Shown here: positions 1 through 12,480 of the stretch, in pieces
Position numbering within the stretch: the stretch's first letter is position 1
Layout of the letters: each line of letters begins with the position of its first letter
NCBI GenBank assembly: GCA_904063045.1
Contig: CAJFCJ010000016.1
Coordinates: 372,001-436,000 of the forward strand
Reading direction: 5' to 3'
Source of the DNA: Dimorphilus gyrociliatus
Taxonomy: Eukaryota > Animalia > Annelida
Length of the DNA stretch: 64,000 nucleotides
Position numbers and translations under genes: made by a program
The notes under the pieces: generated by a model
Seen by the model: the letters and a program-made list of their open reading frames with translations, nothing else
Told to the model about the DNA's origin: nothing
The model's database searches: none

Positions 1-55
1 CTAACAAATATCTATTAATAGAAATATTAGTAATATAACGATGAGTGTCTCTCTC

Positions 56-1094
56 CTAACCGGAGGTTATAACTTGAGGTAAATGCCCAATATCGCCAAT
101 AGATTTAACAAAAACTTCCCCATTGTAGTCTATTTCAATTCTCGTAATACTGGCGTGACCAACAGGCAACTGCAGCCACCTCTGACTCGGTAGTTGTAAA
201 GATCTAAAGGCGGAATAAAATATAGAATATATTGCTAAAGTGTCATGAATTTTCATTTCTCAAAACCTTAGTATAAGAAATCCAATAATATTCCCATGAC
301 ACACAAATATATCATTGATATCTTTCTTACTCTGACTCCTATGAAATAATACTTTAAATGATTTCCAAAGTCGTGGACCGTCTTCTACTATTTCCTAATT
401 ATTAATACACTTTGCGGTAAAATAAAGATTATTCATTTAATCTTGCTCATACTTTATCATCTTTTCTCCAGTATGCTGGAGCAGGGTCAGGGAATACTGG
501 TCTACCTTCTCTTAGGAAATCAGTGACTTTAACTCTTTTATCCGGAAGGTACTTGTTAATTATGCGAGCTGTATGTTTAGCTCTTTTGAAAGGTGAAGTA
601 TAAATATTAGTAAAGTTAATGTTCATTGTTGCTAAACGTTTTCCCAGTAAATTAACCTGTCTAACACCTGAAAATATTAAATATTCTATCAATATTAACA
701 TCCATAACTAATAGTATAAAACTCATACCTTTAAGTGATAATGAATCATTATAATTACCCAATTTTCTTATGAAATGCCCATGCCTTATAAGGTAGATTG
801 TTCTCACATATTTTGGTGAATTATATCCTTTATGCCTTATTATTTCATAACAGAGAGATAATTTGAATAAATTAATTCAATGAATATATAAATAGTATAC
901 TTGTCCCATTCATTATTCCATTTCCAGTAGTCGTTTGCAATTTGATCAACAAGACTACCGTCGATAGAGTCCATACCTGTCTCTTTATCGTTCTTCTCTC
1001 CATCTTTCATTTGATACGAAAAAAAAATTAAAATTAGTAAAGTTTGGCAGACAAACAAGAAAATGTGCCCCAGTATCAAATACGTCTGCTTCAT
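56..1094 (-). CDS. PGAM5: PGAM5-like histidine phosphatase, about 5 coding exons, N-terminal hydrophobic anchor
   Basis: Spliced product: MKQTYLILGHIFLFVCQTLLILIFFSY (TM)...WKWNNEWDK | HKGYNSPKYVRTIYLIRHG... | GVRQVNLLGKRLATMNINFTNIYTSPFKRAKHT...LREGRPVFPDP | EDGPRLWKSF...DIFVCHGNIIGFLILR | SLQLPSQRWLQL...GDIGHLP. RHG, R, LREG and CHGN catalytic motifs are in PGAM5 order; introns are short GT-AG. Confidence 0.88.
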
Positions 1095-1342
1095 TTTCTC
1101 CTTTTTTAGGGATCCTAAGCCTACAATACTTTAAAAGAAATTTCAATATAGAAGTTAAACGAAGCGTAAAATCCATTATATAGGCCTTGGAGATTTAAAT
1201 ACTTTTCAATACAGATTCACTATAAATATTCATTATAATATTAATAATTTGAATAAATTTAAATAAATCGTTTGAAAAATTTAAGTCATTCAAAATAATT
1301 TAAATATAACATTTACATATTTTGTAAAACAACTGTATAACT
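1095..1342. promoter_or_regulatory. Probable bidirectional promoter (PGAM5-like / 638-aa ORF)
   Basis: Divergent start codons are only 248 bp apart. Confidence 0.55.
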
Positions 1343-3259
1343 ATGGAAGGAGAAGTCGTTGACGAAGAAGAAGCAGAAGAAGAGGAAGAGGAGGAGGAGG
1401 AGGAGGAGGAGGAGGAGGTAGAAGAAGGTGAAGAAGTAATAGAACAGGAAGACGATGATGAAATAGAAGTTATGGAAGAGACAAATAATAACATATACTT
1501 TTTAGACGCTTTCGATACTAAAAATGGTCTATTAACAACTTGTCTAAAATGGTCTTTTCTCAACGGTCCCAGCTTTAAAGACATAGTTGAAAGAATTTCA
1601 CAAAACACTAAAGGTTTAATCAATCTAAGAATTCTATCCAACTACGAAATACATTGTAAAACGGGTGAAACTTCATCAAAATCAATCCAATTTTTCGGTT
1701 ATTATAAAGAATTAATATGGCCAATATTAAAACTATTAATACAACAAGATAATCAGGATAATTTGAATATCTTTCTAAATCTTTTATCATTAGATAATAC
1801 CTACTATTGGAAAGAGAATATTATCAATTGTTTATTATATTACAGCTGTAAAGTTGGTTCAAGTAATATAACTATTTACTTATTGGATAGATACAATTAC
1901 AATTTCAACATCTATAACGAAATAGTATTTAACTCGGTTGGTCTTTTATTTAAAAATCAGTCGAATATAGCGCATTTTATTGTGAAAACTAAGATGAATA
2001 TGGCTGAAAAACCATCTTTAGTAACAAAGTTATTAAAAAGTTGTATAAGCGTTAATACTAATATTTGGATATTTAAAAAGATATTCTATAAATTTAAAAA
2101 GAAAGCTATAAATAGACAATTTAATAATGAAAGTATAGAAGAATTAGCAATTGAATCGATTAAACGAAAGAATAATAAAGTATTTCAATTTCTAACTAGA
2201 TTTATTATTAATAAAATTGAATTAAATTTTGATATTAAATTATATAAAGATTTATATAATTGTTTCCCAACGAGTATTGGACGTTATCTATTCTTTAGAT
2301 ACGAAGATGAAATCGTTAAATGGATCTCTTTGGATATTGAAACAACTGGTGATAAATTCTGTACTGAACTAATACATTCTTTTCAATATACTTCTGGTCT
2401 AACACTTTTTGAATCTATATTTAAAATACGTAATTATGGATTATCACTTGCTAAGAAGCTATTGAAAGATTTACTAGAAACTGGTTCAATTCTTTTACCT
2501 TATTTTGAACCATTAAAATTATTGAAATTTATTAATATTGTTGTCAATTTTTCAACACATTACGAATTGCCTATGGATTATTTAACAGATTATTTCCTTA
2601 CTTGTTTAGATGAGCTCCATTCTGGAGGCAACGAATTTAACCGAGCTCACGTTACACTTTCTATAATATCTGTGCTATCCATATTTATAAAACATGGTAC
2701 TTTATTTAAATTTGTTTTTAGAGGAAACGTTGACAAGAGAATTGCTTCACTTATGTGGCTATCGCTAGACAATAGGATCACAATGGATGTAAATTGGCTT
2801 AGAAGTAACGAACTACCCCTAGTAAGACCTCTTTCAGTTCTTTGTTCCTGCGTTTTAAGAAGGCACGTTAAACAACCATTTTCAAAAAGTATACGTCTAT
2901 TAATTCAAAGTTGTGAACATTTGAAAGAAGTTATCACTTTAAAATCGTATACTGAGCATTATATTGTTCAAGGTTTTGAGGCGATTAAACAAAAAGAATC
3001 GGAAACTCCAAATGAAGCTGGAAATTTTCAAATGAATTTCTTGGATGAAGATAGTAACGATTATTGCGGAATGATAATTCCGAATGATCTAATAAAGAAT
3101 TACTATTCAACCCAATTAAATAATAGCGCCGAGAGTTTATCATCTCAACAACTTTTAACTGGTCTCCCACTCCTAATTGCTAATATCTTTAATGACGAAG
3201 ATGCAGGCGAAGGTGAAGGTATGGAACAAAACGAAGAAGAAGAAGCCAATAACAACTAA
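1343..3259 (+). CDS. Intronless 638-aa protein: poly-Glu N-terminus, degenerate ankyrin-like repeats, C-terminal SOCS/BC-box-like segment, acidic tail
   Basis: Uninterrupted 1.9-kb ORF in AT-rich DNA. Ankyrin-like segments LLYYSCKVGSSNITIYLL and LAIESIKRKNNKVFQFL; SOCS-box-like VRPLSVLCSCVLRRHV...IRLL...EHLKEVITL at about 2822-2941. The ORF itself is solid; the domain calls are tentative. Confidence 0.7.
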   Translation: MEGEVVDEEEAEEEEEEEEEEEEEEVEEGEEVIEQEDDDEIEVMEETNNNIYFLDAFDTKNGLLTTCLKWSFLNGPSFKDIVERISQNTKGLINLRILSNYEIHCKTGETSSKSIQFFGYYKELIWPILKLLIQQDNQDNLNIFLNLLSLDNTYYWKENIINCLLYYSCKVGSSNITIYLLDRYNYNFNIYNEIVFNSVGLLFKNQSNIAHFIVKTKMNMAEKPSLVTKLLKSCISVNTNIWIFKKIFYKFKKKAINRQFNNESIEELAIESIKRKNNKVFQFLTRFIINKIELNFDIKLYKDLYNCFPTSIGRYLFFRYEDEIVKWISLDIETTGDKFCTELIHSFQYTSGLTLFESIFKIRNYGLSLAKKLLKDLLETGSILLPYFEPLKLLKFINIVVNFSTHYELPMDYLTDYFLTCLDELHSGGNEFNRAHVTLSIISVLSIFIKHGTLFKFVFRGNVDKRIASLMWLSLDNRITMDVNWLRSNELPLVRPLSVLCSCVLRRHVKQPFSKSIRLLIQSCEHLKEVITLKSYTEHYIVQGFEAIKQKESETPNEAGNFQMNFLDEDSNDYCGMIIPNDLIKNYYSTQLNNSAESLSSQQLLTGLPLLIANIFNDEDAGEGEGMEQNEEEEANNN

Positions 3260-3824
3260 ATTTAAGATTAATATATATTTCCCCGTTTTACTAAAAGATT
3301 AAATAATGTATTATTATACTTTTAAAATGTTCAAAAATCAAGAATCTGCAATACAAAGATTTTAATAAATAACAATCAATCAATCACCAATTTGAACAAA
3401 AAAAAAACAATGAAAGAAGACATGTTTCCCATTGGAAGAATCTAAAATAAATCATACATAAAAAAAAAACAACATAAACCAAACAAACTAATAATTTCTC
3501 AAGATAATCTATTCATTTGTGTTTTTCTGTTTTTTTAAAAAAAAAATATTATTACTTGTAATAAATTATTTCTTCATTCTCTTCCATAATCTATCATTCT
3601 TCGTTAAGTCTTTTTCCCTTATTTTCTTTTCGTATTTTGATAGAGTATGCATTGTAATGGCATAAATAGAAACAGTATAAACGTTAAATAACAAACATTA
3701 CATTTTTCTTTATAAAATATATATCTTAGACAACAAACCCGTATAATCCACTTATACACAATAGTTAATTTTGAAGAAAGACACAAATCTATCCTCCTTT
3801 ACGAAAAAACAGTATATACTTTTC

Positions 3825-6671
3825 TTAGGCACTATTATCTGAGCTATGATTATTTAACAAAGGAACTATTTTTGTATCGTTATGATCTGCATTACCATTC
3901 ATATCATTTTGATGAGTATCTTTGGTTTTATCTACGACTATATTATCCATTTCAGTGATACAGTTGCCATTCTTTTGATCAGTTTTAACAGGTCTGCGAT
4001 ATCGCCATCTACCGATTACCGCCAATACTGTTGAAGTAGCGTGTATAAATATTTGTAATACCATCATTTTAAGAGCAAGGGATTTAACGTCATAAAGATC
4101 ACATGATCCTCGAGCACCACATTTACTTTTCCACAATTTACATGCTGAATCAAATATGATTCCCATGCTAAATGGACCAAAAACTGGACCTATATTTAGA
4201 AAAAAAAGGAAATAAGAGAACGTGTTTAATACATTTAGAATAGATTATTGTTTTTTTTTTGAATTAACTAATTGTAATACCAAACTGTAAAGGATATTTT
4301 ATATTCGTTTGTATATATGGGCTTTTTTTTTTAATTAATCCTGTAGTTTAATTTACTAATTGTAAAAGATACTTTAATTTACTTCATAATTCAATAATTT
4401 CTTATATCCTTTTGTTAGTTTTTTATCTACAGTTGATAACTAAACGATTTACCTTTAACCTTCCTTTATTTAAGATAAATTATATGTTATCTCTTTTTTA
4501 GGTTTCAATACTAAAAGTAGAACAAAGGTACTTACTGATGACACGGATACCAATCCATTTTAAGGCTATTGCCATAGGCCTTTGAGGTGCTCCAACAACT
4601 CTTACAGTAGCAGTTGTTGCTAATGTTTGCTCAGCAAAGAGTAAAGCACAAAAAGCAAACACCATACCGAGGAAACCATATAATCTCCAACCGCATCCAG
4701 GATGGGGACAAGGTCCTGCTGTGGCTGTCCTTGATGGACTACTTGTACAGCCGCAACCTTCGAATATCTAATTTTATCAAAATTTATCAATAAAAGATAA
4801 CCTTATTAATAAGAACAGGAGAAGCTTACCGCCGATGAATTGGTTGAAGTACAACCAGCGTGACAAGCTGATTTATACGTATAACCGTCAGCACCACATA
4901 CCGCTTGAATTTCCGCATCAGTGCATTTACAAACTCCAACTGAGCAAGTTTCATTTGAAATTCGCAATTCCGAACCTTGGCAAGGAGTTAATAAAGTGGG
5001 CGCAAAGAGACAGACTGTCAAAGATATAACACAAACCCATGTCATAAGTGTTCGACAAGATAACTTTAGTTTGTTACTGAGGACTGTGGCCGCTATTGTT
5101 CCAACTGGTGCGGCTAATACTAAAGTTAAACCAGCTGCCACAGCAGCACTAGGTGCACTGAGACCAAATCCAGTCTGCACGAGCTTTGGAGCAAAATCAG
5201 CAAATCCATTCGTAGTGGAATAGTTAATGGAATAGTAGAGAGCGAGAGCAACATAGGGACCATTTGTTATAAGTCTTTTGGCGTGTCCCCCTATATCTCT
5301 CCAATGAACAAATATAGCAGTTTCATCATCGTCCTGTCCCTTATGAGCTTCGGTTTTGCGACTCTTCCTCATTAAGTCAGCCCCAGGCAGATCTCTAGGA
5401 AAGGCAGCAATAGGAAGAGCAACAACAGCGGTGGTTACAGCTATAACGATATAGCTTAACCACCAAGCACCTACGAAATTCGGGCTCGATTTAGGAAAGT
5501 CAGGTTTATAGGGCCATGTGTGTGGTAAATTGAGAGTTGCAGCACCTGCTAAATATCCAATTGCTGTTCCTACCATCATCGACATATTCAATGCGGCGAC
5601 AGCTATATTAAATTGTTCCTTTGGCGCAACATCATGCATGTAATTATAAGCCAATGTATTCAATGGTGTATTTCCAAAGGCACATAATATTCTAGCAAAA
5701 ATTAGGGCTACCAGCGCCCAATGAGTAGTGGAAACAAGCTCCGTTCCGACCTTTGAGCATCCTTTGAAATCTGAATCACCGCAAAGACTTATAGTTTCGT
5801 TATCACTATTTTGTAATTGCGGCATATATGTTGTTGATGAGAAATGAGGTATCACTGTAATTACGCACGAAAGACTCAACATTATCATACCAACTGCAAT
5901 GGCTCTAGGTTTATGGCACTGAGCACCTATAAAGAACGATAAATGCATATTACTAAAAAGTAAACATTGGTACATAACTAATTAGGTTAGATCAAATTAT
6001 CTTTCCGACTATAATAAAAGAATAATGACTTTAAAAATTTATAAAAAGCAGCCCTCTATATTTTTTATAATAAGCCTATTCATAATTTCCTGGTTAAAAA
6101 AAGGTTATTGATAATTTTTGATAAGAAAACTCATATAAAATTAGGTTAGAACTATTACGTAATTTTTATATAGGATTATATATAATAAAGATTACATTAT
6201 ATAAAGAAATGACTTTTTAAATCCGCTTATATATAAAATCATTTCTATTGTATATTATAGAAGAAGAAAGAGTTATGATATATAGATATTAAATCTAAAT
6301 CTAAAAGATATCTATTCGTTCAACAAATATATCTATATATAAACTATATAGAACTTCAAAGATATACCTAGAACGCATGCTAAGATTAGAGCTGGAACGC
6401 TTGCGAAATCAAAGATTGCAATGAAAATTGAAGATTGTCTGCTAGTAAATCCAAATCTTTTTTCAACATGTGGTAAGGTAGCACCAACAACTCCGGCAGT
6501 TAAAACAGTTGATAAAATTTTTGCAATGGTTAACCAAAAACAGGCCATAAAGGCGTTGTTGCATTTTTGTAGAACTTTGGGATAGACACCAAATACTCCA
6601 AAACGGTACTGTGATGTGCTATCTGATAGATTGGTGTTAGAATTTCTTTCTCTTTCGTTCAAGGTATGCAT
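3825..6671 (-). CDS. Organic anion transporting polypeptide (OATP/SLCO), 4 coding exons (about 6671-6369, 5928-4830, 4770-4537, 4190-3825)
   Basis: OATP signatures LPHVEKRFGFTSRQSSIFIAIFD, GAQCHKPRAIAVG, NFVGAWWLSY, Kazal-like VCGADGYTYKSACHAGC and GIIFDSACKLWKSKCGARGSCDLYD. Splice phases are consistent. The subfamily cannot be assigned. Confidence 0.95.
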
Positions 6672-7277
6672 TTTCTCCGTCTTTTTTCATCAAGTGCAAT
6701 CAACAAAGGAAACAGCTGTGTCGTCCGATTTAGGCGCCTTCTTTAGTCTAAATATTTATACGGTACGTGATCCGCATCGTTAATGGTTAAATTAATAAGA
6801 ACAAAGCATACCGTACCATTAAAAACTAAATGTATTGCGCAAAATATTTGCCGGGTACGAAGAAAATTCAATAAATATTACGATATTTATAGCTACTGCA
6901 AACACTCGTTTGTTGTTCAGAATGTCGGCAATATATAACTTGTTTATGCATATTATCATTTGATGAGTTTTTTCAATAATTAAGCATGAAAACAACTACT
7001 TCAATGAACTTGTGCACTTGAATCAAATAATGGCATTGTTTTGTTCAATAGCCAATCAATTAAAGATCAATAATACTAGTATTCCATCTTGTGCAAATAT
7101 GTATATAACAAACAAAGACAAAACTAAATAAACAGTTTATTAACACATTCAAAAGTTTTATATATTGAAAATTATATCTATTTTTCCTCATCCAAGGACT
7201 AAAAAGAAACTAAATGTAAATCTAAATATAGCTAATATATAACATTCTATTAGATAAATATTTAATACGCCAGCTGA

Positions 7278-7289
7278 TGCCATCTAGTG
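7278..7289 (-). promoter_or_regulatory. CTCF-like site CACTAGATGGCA
   Basis: Close match to the CTCF core in the divergent region between OATP and the 8233 gene. Confidence 0.45.
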
Positions 7290-8232
7290 TATCTATTAAA
7301 TTATTTTTTTATTTGATAGTTATATTTCAACAAAAGATAAGAAAAATATACATTTTCGATAATAGGCTGATTAAATAAAAAAATATTGCAATTAAATAGG
7401 CCGAATTAATTGCTAATCTAGAAATAATTTTATAGAATATGACCTTTGCTTAGATTTTACATTTCAATTAGAAAAAAAAACATAAGAAAAGGTTTAACAA
7501 TAGCCGAAATGTCGTTTGTCAAGGTTAATTTGAAAAATTCTTTAAGCTAGAGTACTTTAATATCCATAGAGCTTTAATCAAGAAGCTTTTGTATTTCCGT
7601 CTTAGTGTCAAGCTTCATCACGTAGTATTCTTCTCCATTTTTACGTATTGTTTATGTTTCTTTTTTCCCTGAACAGTAGATAACCTTTTACTCCTTTTTA
7701 ACATATGAATATAAATGGAGAGAGAGGGAAGGAAAGGAAAGAGAGTAAATTTGTTCACAAGTACTTATTAATCTACTTTTATTTTATATATAAATATATA
7801 ATTTTTGAGGCATGTTATCTAAATCTCAAAAAGCTAAGATTATATTTGAGAGTTATTACTTTCTTGGGTATGGGTAATGTACTAAGGCGCCACCTGTGAA
7901 TGAATTTATTATTATTTGTTTAATAAAAAATTAGCCAATTCAATACTTGCGGATATTTTTCCAAGTATTTTGCAATATTGATATGGAAATAACATAATAT
8001 AAAATATATGCGATTTTTTACAAGTATTTTTAAGAAGCTTCAAATCTCATTGTTACGAAAAGAACATAAGCAACTTGAGCATGTGTTAACTTCATAATAA
8101 CCATGTAACTTATAGTTGGGTTAAGAGTTCCTAACAGAAAATTTACTTAATTAAAGCTGACCCGTCCTGAAGCCAGTAAGTTCAGAAACGTTCCGTAGAA
8201 CGTAGTAAAAACCGTCGAAAGTAATCTGGAAA

Positions 8233-9082
8233 ATGTCCTCTTCTCCACTCTCAATGTTCTATAACTATGTACAGTTAAGTACAGTCTCAGTTTTTCTGGC
8301 TTTAATAATATACCTTATGACATGGCCAAACTGGGCAAGGACCACAAGACAGTACTTGTTAATGATATTGTCTGTGGAGTGTGGATTTGAAGTATTTCTT
8401 TTGTCAAATACAGCGGTAATATTTTCTATAAGTTGTTGTTCTACTTACTACTTCATTTCTATAAATATAATACTTATAGTTCAAGGAAGCTGTAAAAGAT
8501 GGTTTGTTTCACATAAGATGTCTATTTTGGGCGATATCGGCAACCATATATTTTTACGGCATGATGACTTTTACGGTAAAGAAGCCAGAGCAGACAATTG
8601 ACCCTGATCTTTTGACAAAAATAGAAAGAAACACCAGCTTGCAATATAATGAATTAAAAAGATTGAATGAATTAAATGAGCGAAGTAGGTTTTTGTATCG
8701 TTGATTTCCGTTTTCTAACACGTGTTTTCTAAATGTAGTGAACTCAACTATTGAGGATACGGAAAGTTCTGACGACTCTGAAGACGATTCGGATTACATT
8801 GATTCCGCAGACGAAAAAGAGATTTCAGGAGACGAGCTTCAAGATTTAGAGAAACATACGGACTATGATCTTCCTGGATTTCGCAAAAGAGTAAATCCAA
8901 TTTGCATACCGCATGCTAATAATACATAGAAATCTATATTATCGTCCTACACTTTACAGCCAGATTATTACAACGACAACATGAACGAAAGCCCGAGCGA
9001 GTTTAAACGACATGTGGAATATCTAGAAAAAATGTCGGCAAATCGTTCTAAGGAATTACGTTACGGAAATGGGGAAATTTAA
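8233..9082 (+). CDS. Multi-TM protein with acidic cytosolic tail, 4 exons (8233-8391, 8480-8684, 8739-8890, 8930-9082); weak resemblance to the C-terminal half of Kar5/GEX1/Brambleberry
   Basis: Phase-consistent GT-AG introns join overlapping ORFs into about 220 aa with three hydrophobic segments, an SSDDSEDDSD tract and a ...ESPSEFKRHV tail. The family call is from memory only. Confidence 0.6.
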
Positions 9083-9519
9083 AATCATTGGAGCGGATCT
9101 CACATATCCTAGACTTTTTCAAGTTTTACAATCCAAAATATCGTTTTTCGTAAAAATGTATTCTAATCTGTTTAATTACCATATCCTGATTTACTGATAT
9201 GCACAAAATATCTTGATTATCGTTACAGGGCAAAAGGCCAATATTCGAATACAAACAAGTACTTTATTTTTTAAATGACTTTTAGAACTCTTTCCAAAGT
9301 TAAACAATATCAAACAATATTATAAGACTCTCTTGTTCTTTAATAGAATATGTTAATTTCAAATTTGGTGTTAAAAAATAAGTTGAGGAAGATATAGTCT
9401 TGCTGTTGCAACTTGAAGATATATTTTGATGTTGTAGTCTTAATTGTTAAAGGTTTAATCATAAACTCATAAAAAAAAAATCTATATGTATATATATTTG
9501 AAAACGATGAAGCTCTGCC

Positions 9520-10249
9520 TTATTTAGGTGTGTCCTGCAGTATCACGATCTCTAACTGTTGAGATGAAAGTAAAACATTAGTGAGACAATTTAACAATCA
9601 ATAAATAATTTTTAGTTTTTAAAATTTCAAGGTAAGTAAGACTTTGAACAAATAACCTAATTCTCATATCAAATAAAACTACGTGATCGTCTTTTTAAAC
9701 TAAAATTAAAAAATATATATATAATATTTTTAACTAACCGTTCTAAGACCCCTTTCAATAGGATTAATTAACAATAAGTTCCTTGGAATATACACTTTGC
9801 TATTTTGCTCCTCAATGTAAGTTGATAGTTTATCGAGAACCTATTTAAAAACCAATGGTATATACATATGTATATTTATTATTTGTTTTGCTATAGTTTT
9901 TTTTACCTTATCGTAGTGAGTTTTAATACAGAACATCGAAAAATAGCAAGTTAAGCACGAAAAACAATTTTCACAGTATGCACTTCCTTTTAAAGCTTCG
10001 GCGTCCGCATAGAAATTATTTAGCTTTGTTATTGTTGATTCGTATGCTTGACGTTCGATCTGAAAGATAATACATTGCCAAAATTTCTTGTTTAATCATT
10101 ATAAAATTGTAATCTTTTTTCCATACCTTTCCCTCCAGTTCTGGAGGTAATCTACTTTGAAATTTGACAAACATTCCATCAGAAAAATCTCGTTGAACAA
10201 ACACTTTAGGACAATAATTTGTCGGTATTCGATCGATTGGTTGCTGCAT
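9520..10249 (-). CDS. GOLGA7: Golgin A7 / GCP16 (Erf4 family, DHHC palmitoyltransferase cofactor), 4 exons
   Basis: [27 protein letters not shown] | [51 protein letters not shown] | [34 protein letters not shown] | [11 protein letters not shown]. Colinear with GOLGA7/7B; an extra upstream exon is possible. Confidence 0.95.
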
Positions 10250-10795
10250 TTCTACCTCAAAATATAAAAGTAAGCAAATCGACCAAATTTCTCAGACTAT
10301 TTTGTTAATGCTATAATGATTTCTCCAATATATATTTTATGATTAAAAACAGCACTTTATTTTACGAATATTTAGGCGTTTTCGTTCAATAATATTTGGC
10401 AGATCTAATAAACATCCGGGCTCTGAAATATATTCTGCACAGCAGATAATAGTTATTTTCGTATTCGGAATTAATCTATTTTTGAATATAATCAACAATT
10501 TAACAAGTACTACTGTAATTTTTAGATACTATTTTGTTGAATTTTGCAATATAATATGAAAGAATTTTTAATTAACGCGGTGAAATTCAAATTTTTCAAT
10601 CAAAATGAACAGTTCTATACCCCCTCGTTTTTCCCTTTAATAATTAATATTAATCCAATACTTGATCGATTTACAAGCAGTTATTCTTTTGATGTACCAA
10701 GCCAGTCTAGTATTTACACACAATGCAATGCCAATTGTTGTTTAATTCTTTGGTAAATGATTATCAATAATTGAATTTATTTTATCTGAGAGCTC

Positions 10796-10808
10796 GCGCC
10801 ATCTGGTG
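10796..10808 (-). promoter_or_regulatory. CTCF-like site CACCAGATGGCGC between GOLGA7 and aPKC
   Basis: Close match to the CCASYAGRKGGCRS core. Confidence 0.5.
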
Positions 10809-12480
10809 AAAAAATTGCTATGAAAGCATAATAAAGTTCCTATTAAAATAAAATAAAAACAATTTATTTGGTTTAATGACTATAATCATAAATAGTTAAT
10901 AATCTGTGTTGGTGTCTTTTTCATGCCTGTCCAAAAGTTTACTAATCAAAAGTAAAATCAGCATAAATATTTAATCGAAAAATGTAATATCTTGCTAAGT
11001 AATAGCAGAAAAAAAAGGAATAAAAATAATGTGTCTACTCCCTAAAGTTTTACGCTCTGTTGATGTTTTCTATTAAGGTAATATGATTGCTATTGTACCA
11101 TCGGGTTTACAGTTTTGATTTATGATATGATATTAATTTCCCAGTAGAATTCAGTACTTTTTCTGACAGGAGAAATTATGCATTGTACATTTTTTGTCTT
11201 TAAACAACAGAACATAGATTTGCAATTACCTTTTTTTTTTATTGTTTGAAATTTTTCCTTTCATCTTTTCATTCGAAGTTTGCGGTAAAGATAAAAAGCA
11301 TTTTAAGTGTCATGCTTAGGCAGCAATAAACGATCGAATACTTTTGTACTATAACTCTTTTATTCTATAATAAAATATATATGTACTGTATTGGTGTCTC
11401 ATTGTCCTCCTTTTAAGCCTAATACAGATTATTATTATAGAACAGGTGAATAAGAATTAATAGTAAAAAAATTATCCTAACGCGTTTTCCCTTTTATCCT
11501 AATATGAAAATAAAGCATTAAAGGTTATTTTCGAATTACAGTGTAATTTAATGTCAGAAAGCGTAATTTCTCCTTCAAACCAAAATAATAATGATAATGG
11601 TGTCTTTACTTGAATTTTTAATACAAGTAAACTATATCTCCTTTCAGTTGTCTTTGTTAAAAATTATTATTGTTGTTGTTGCTATTGTTATTATTATTGT
11701 CACACAATATGATTTAGAAATATATGACAGTTTTTGGCAGCTATTGGAGTATCTAATTTCATATTTTTATCCATTGTTACTGTAATTTTACATAGTTCTT
11801 TGTGTAGGTATAAGGAATTGATATACCCTATAAAACTAAGTATTCGCCATTTGCCTTTTAGTCACATTTAAAATTCGTATAATGCAATAATTATTCGATA
11901 ATTCCCCCTCACTCTTCTTACCAACAAGAGTATGAAATTACAAACTGCCATCAAAGTATTGTTTTGTAGAGATACTCTTTAGTACTATTTTGAACTTTGA
12001 AAAAATCGACTTTAAGTACACCATCAAAGATAGAGAAACACTGAAATGGAGAATGTATAATTTCTTATTCGTTTTATCAACTTTCAAATTTTTTCTATTC
12101 GGGATTGATAGTCCTTTTTGACGTTATCAACTGATTAGAATTCGTAAAAAAAAATATTCTTAGGCCTATAAGAATTTTAAAATGGAACCGTATTCCTTTT
12201 CCAGATATATCGTCTATAGACCAGGAACCTGGTCTCATTTCTACCTCAGTTTAAAAATCGAAAAAATCGATTTACCTTAGTCACGTGATCAAGGAAAAAC
12301 AGTTTCAAGTTTTAACTAGATTAGCGTGATTTAATTAAGCTATATCAGCTAATTTAGGAAAAAGTGGACTTTTCCTAACTGAAATAATAAACTAAATCGC
12401 TGATTTCATTTCATCGACTACACAACGTAAAAAGGAACGTCTCACTCGATTAGAAGCACACCTGTCAAGGAATAAAAAGA

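Noticed and set aside
985-1176. 63-aa ORF as the PGAM5 N-terminus
   Set aside because: The frame starting at 1094 runs directly into the WxxxWD motif and supplies the TM anchor; this frame does not connect.
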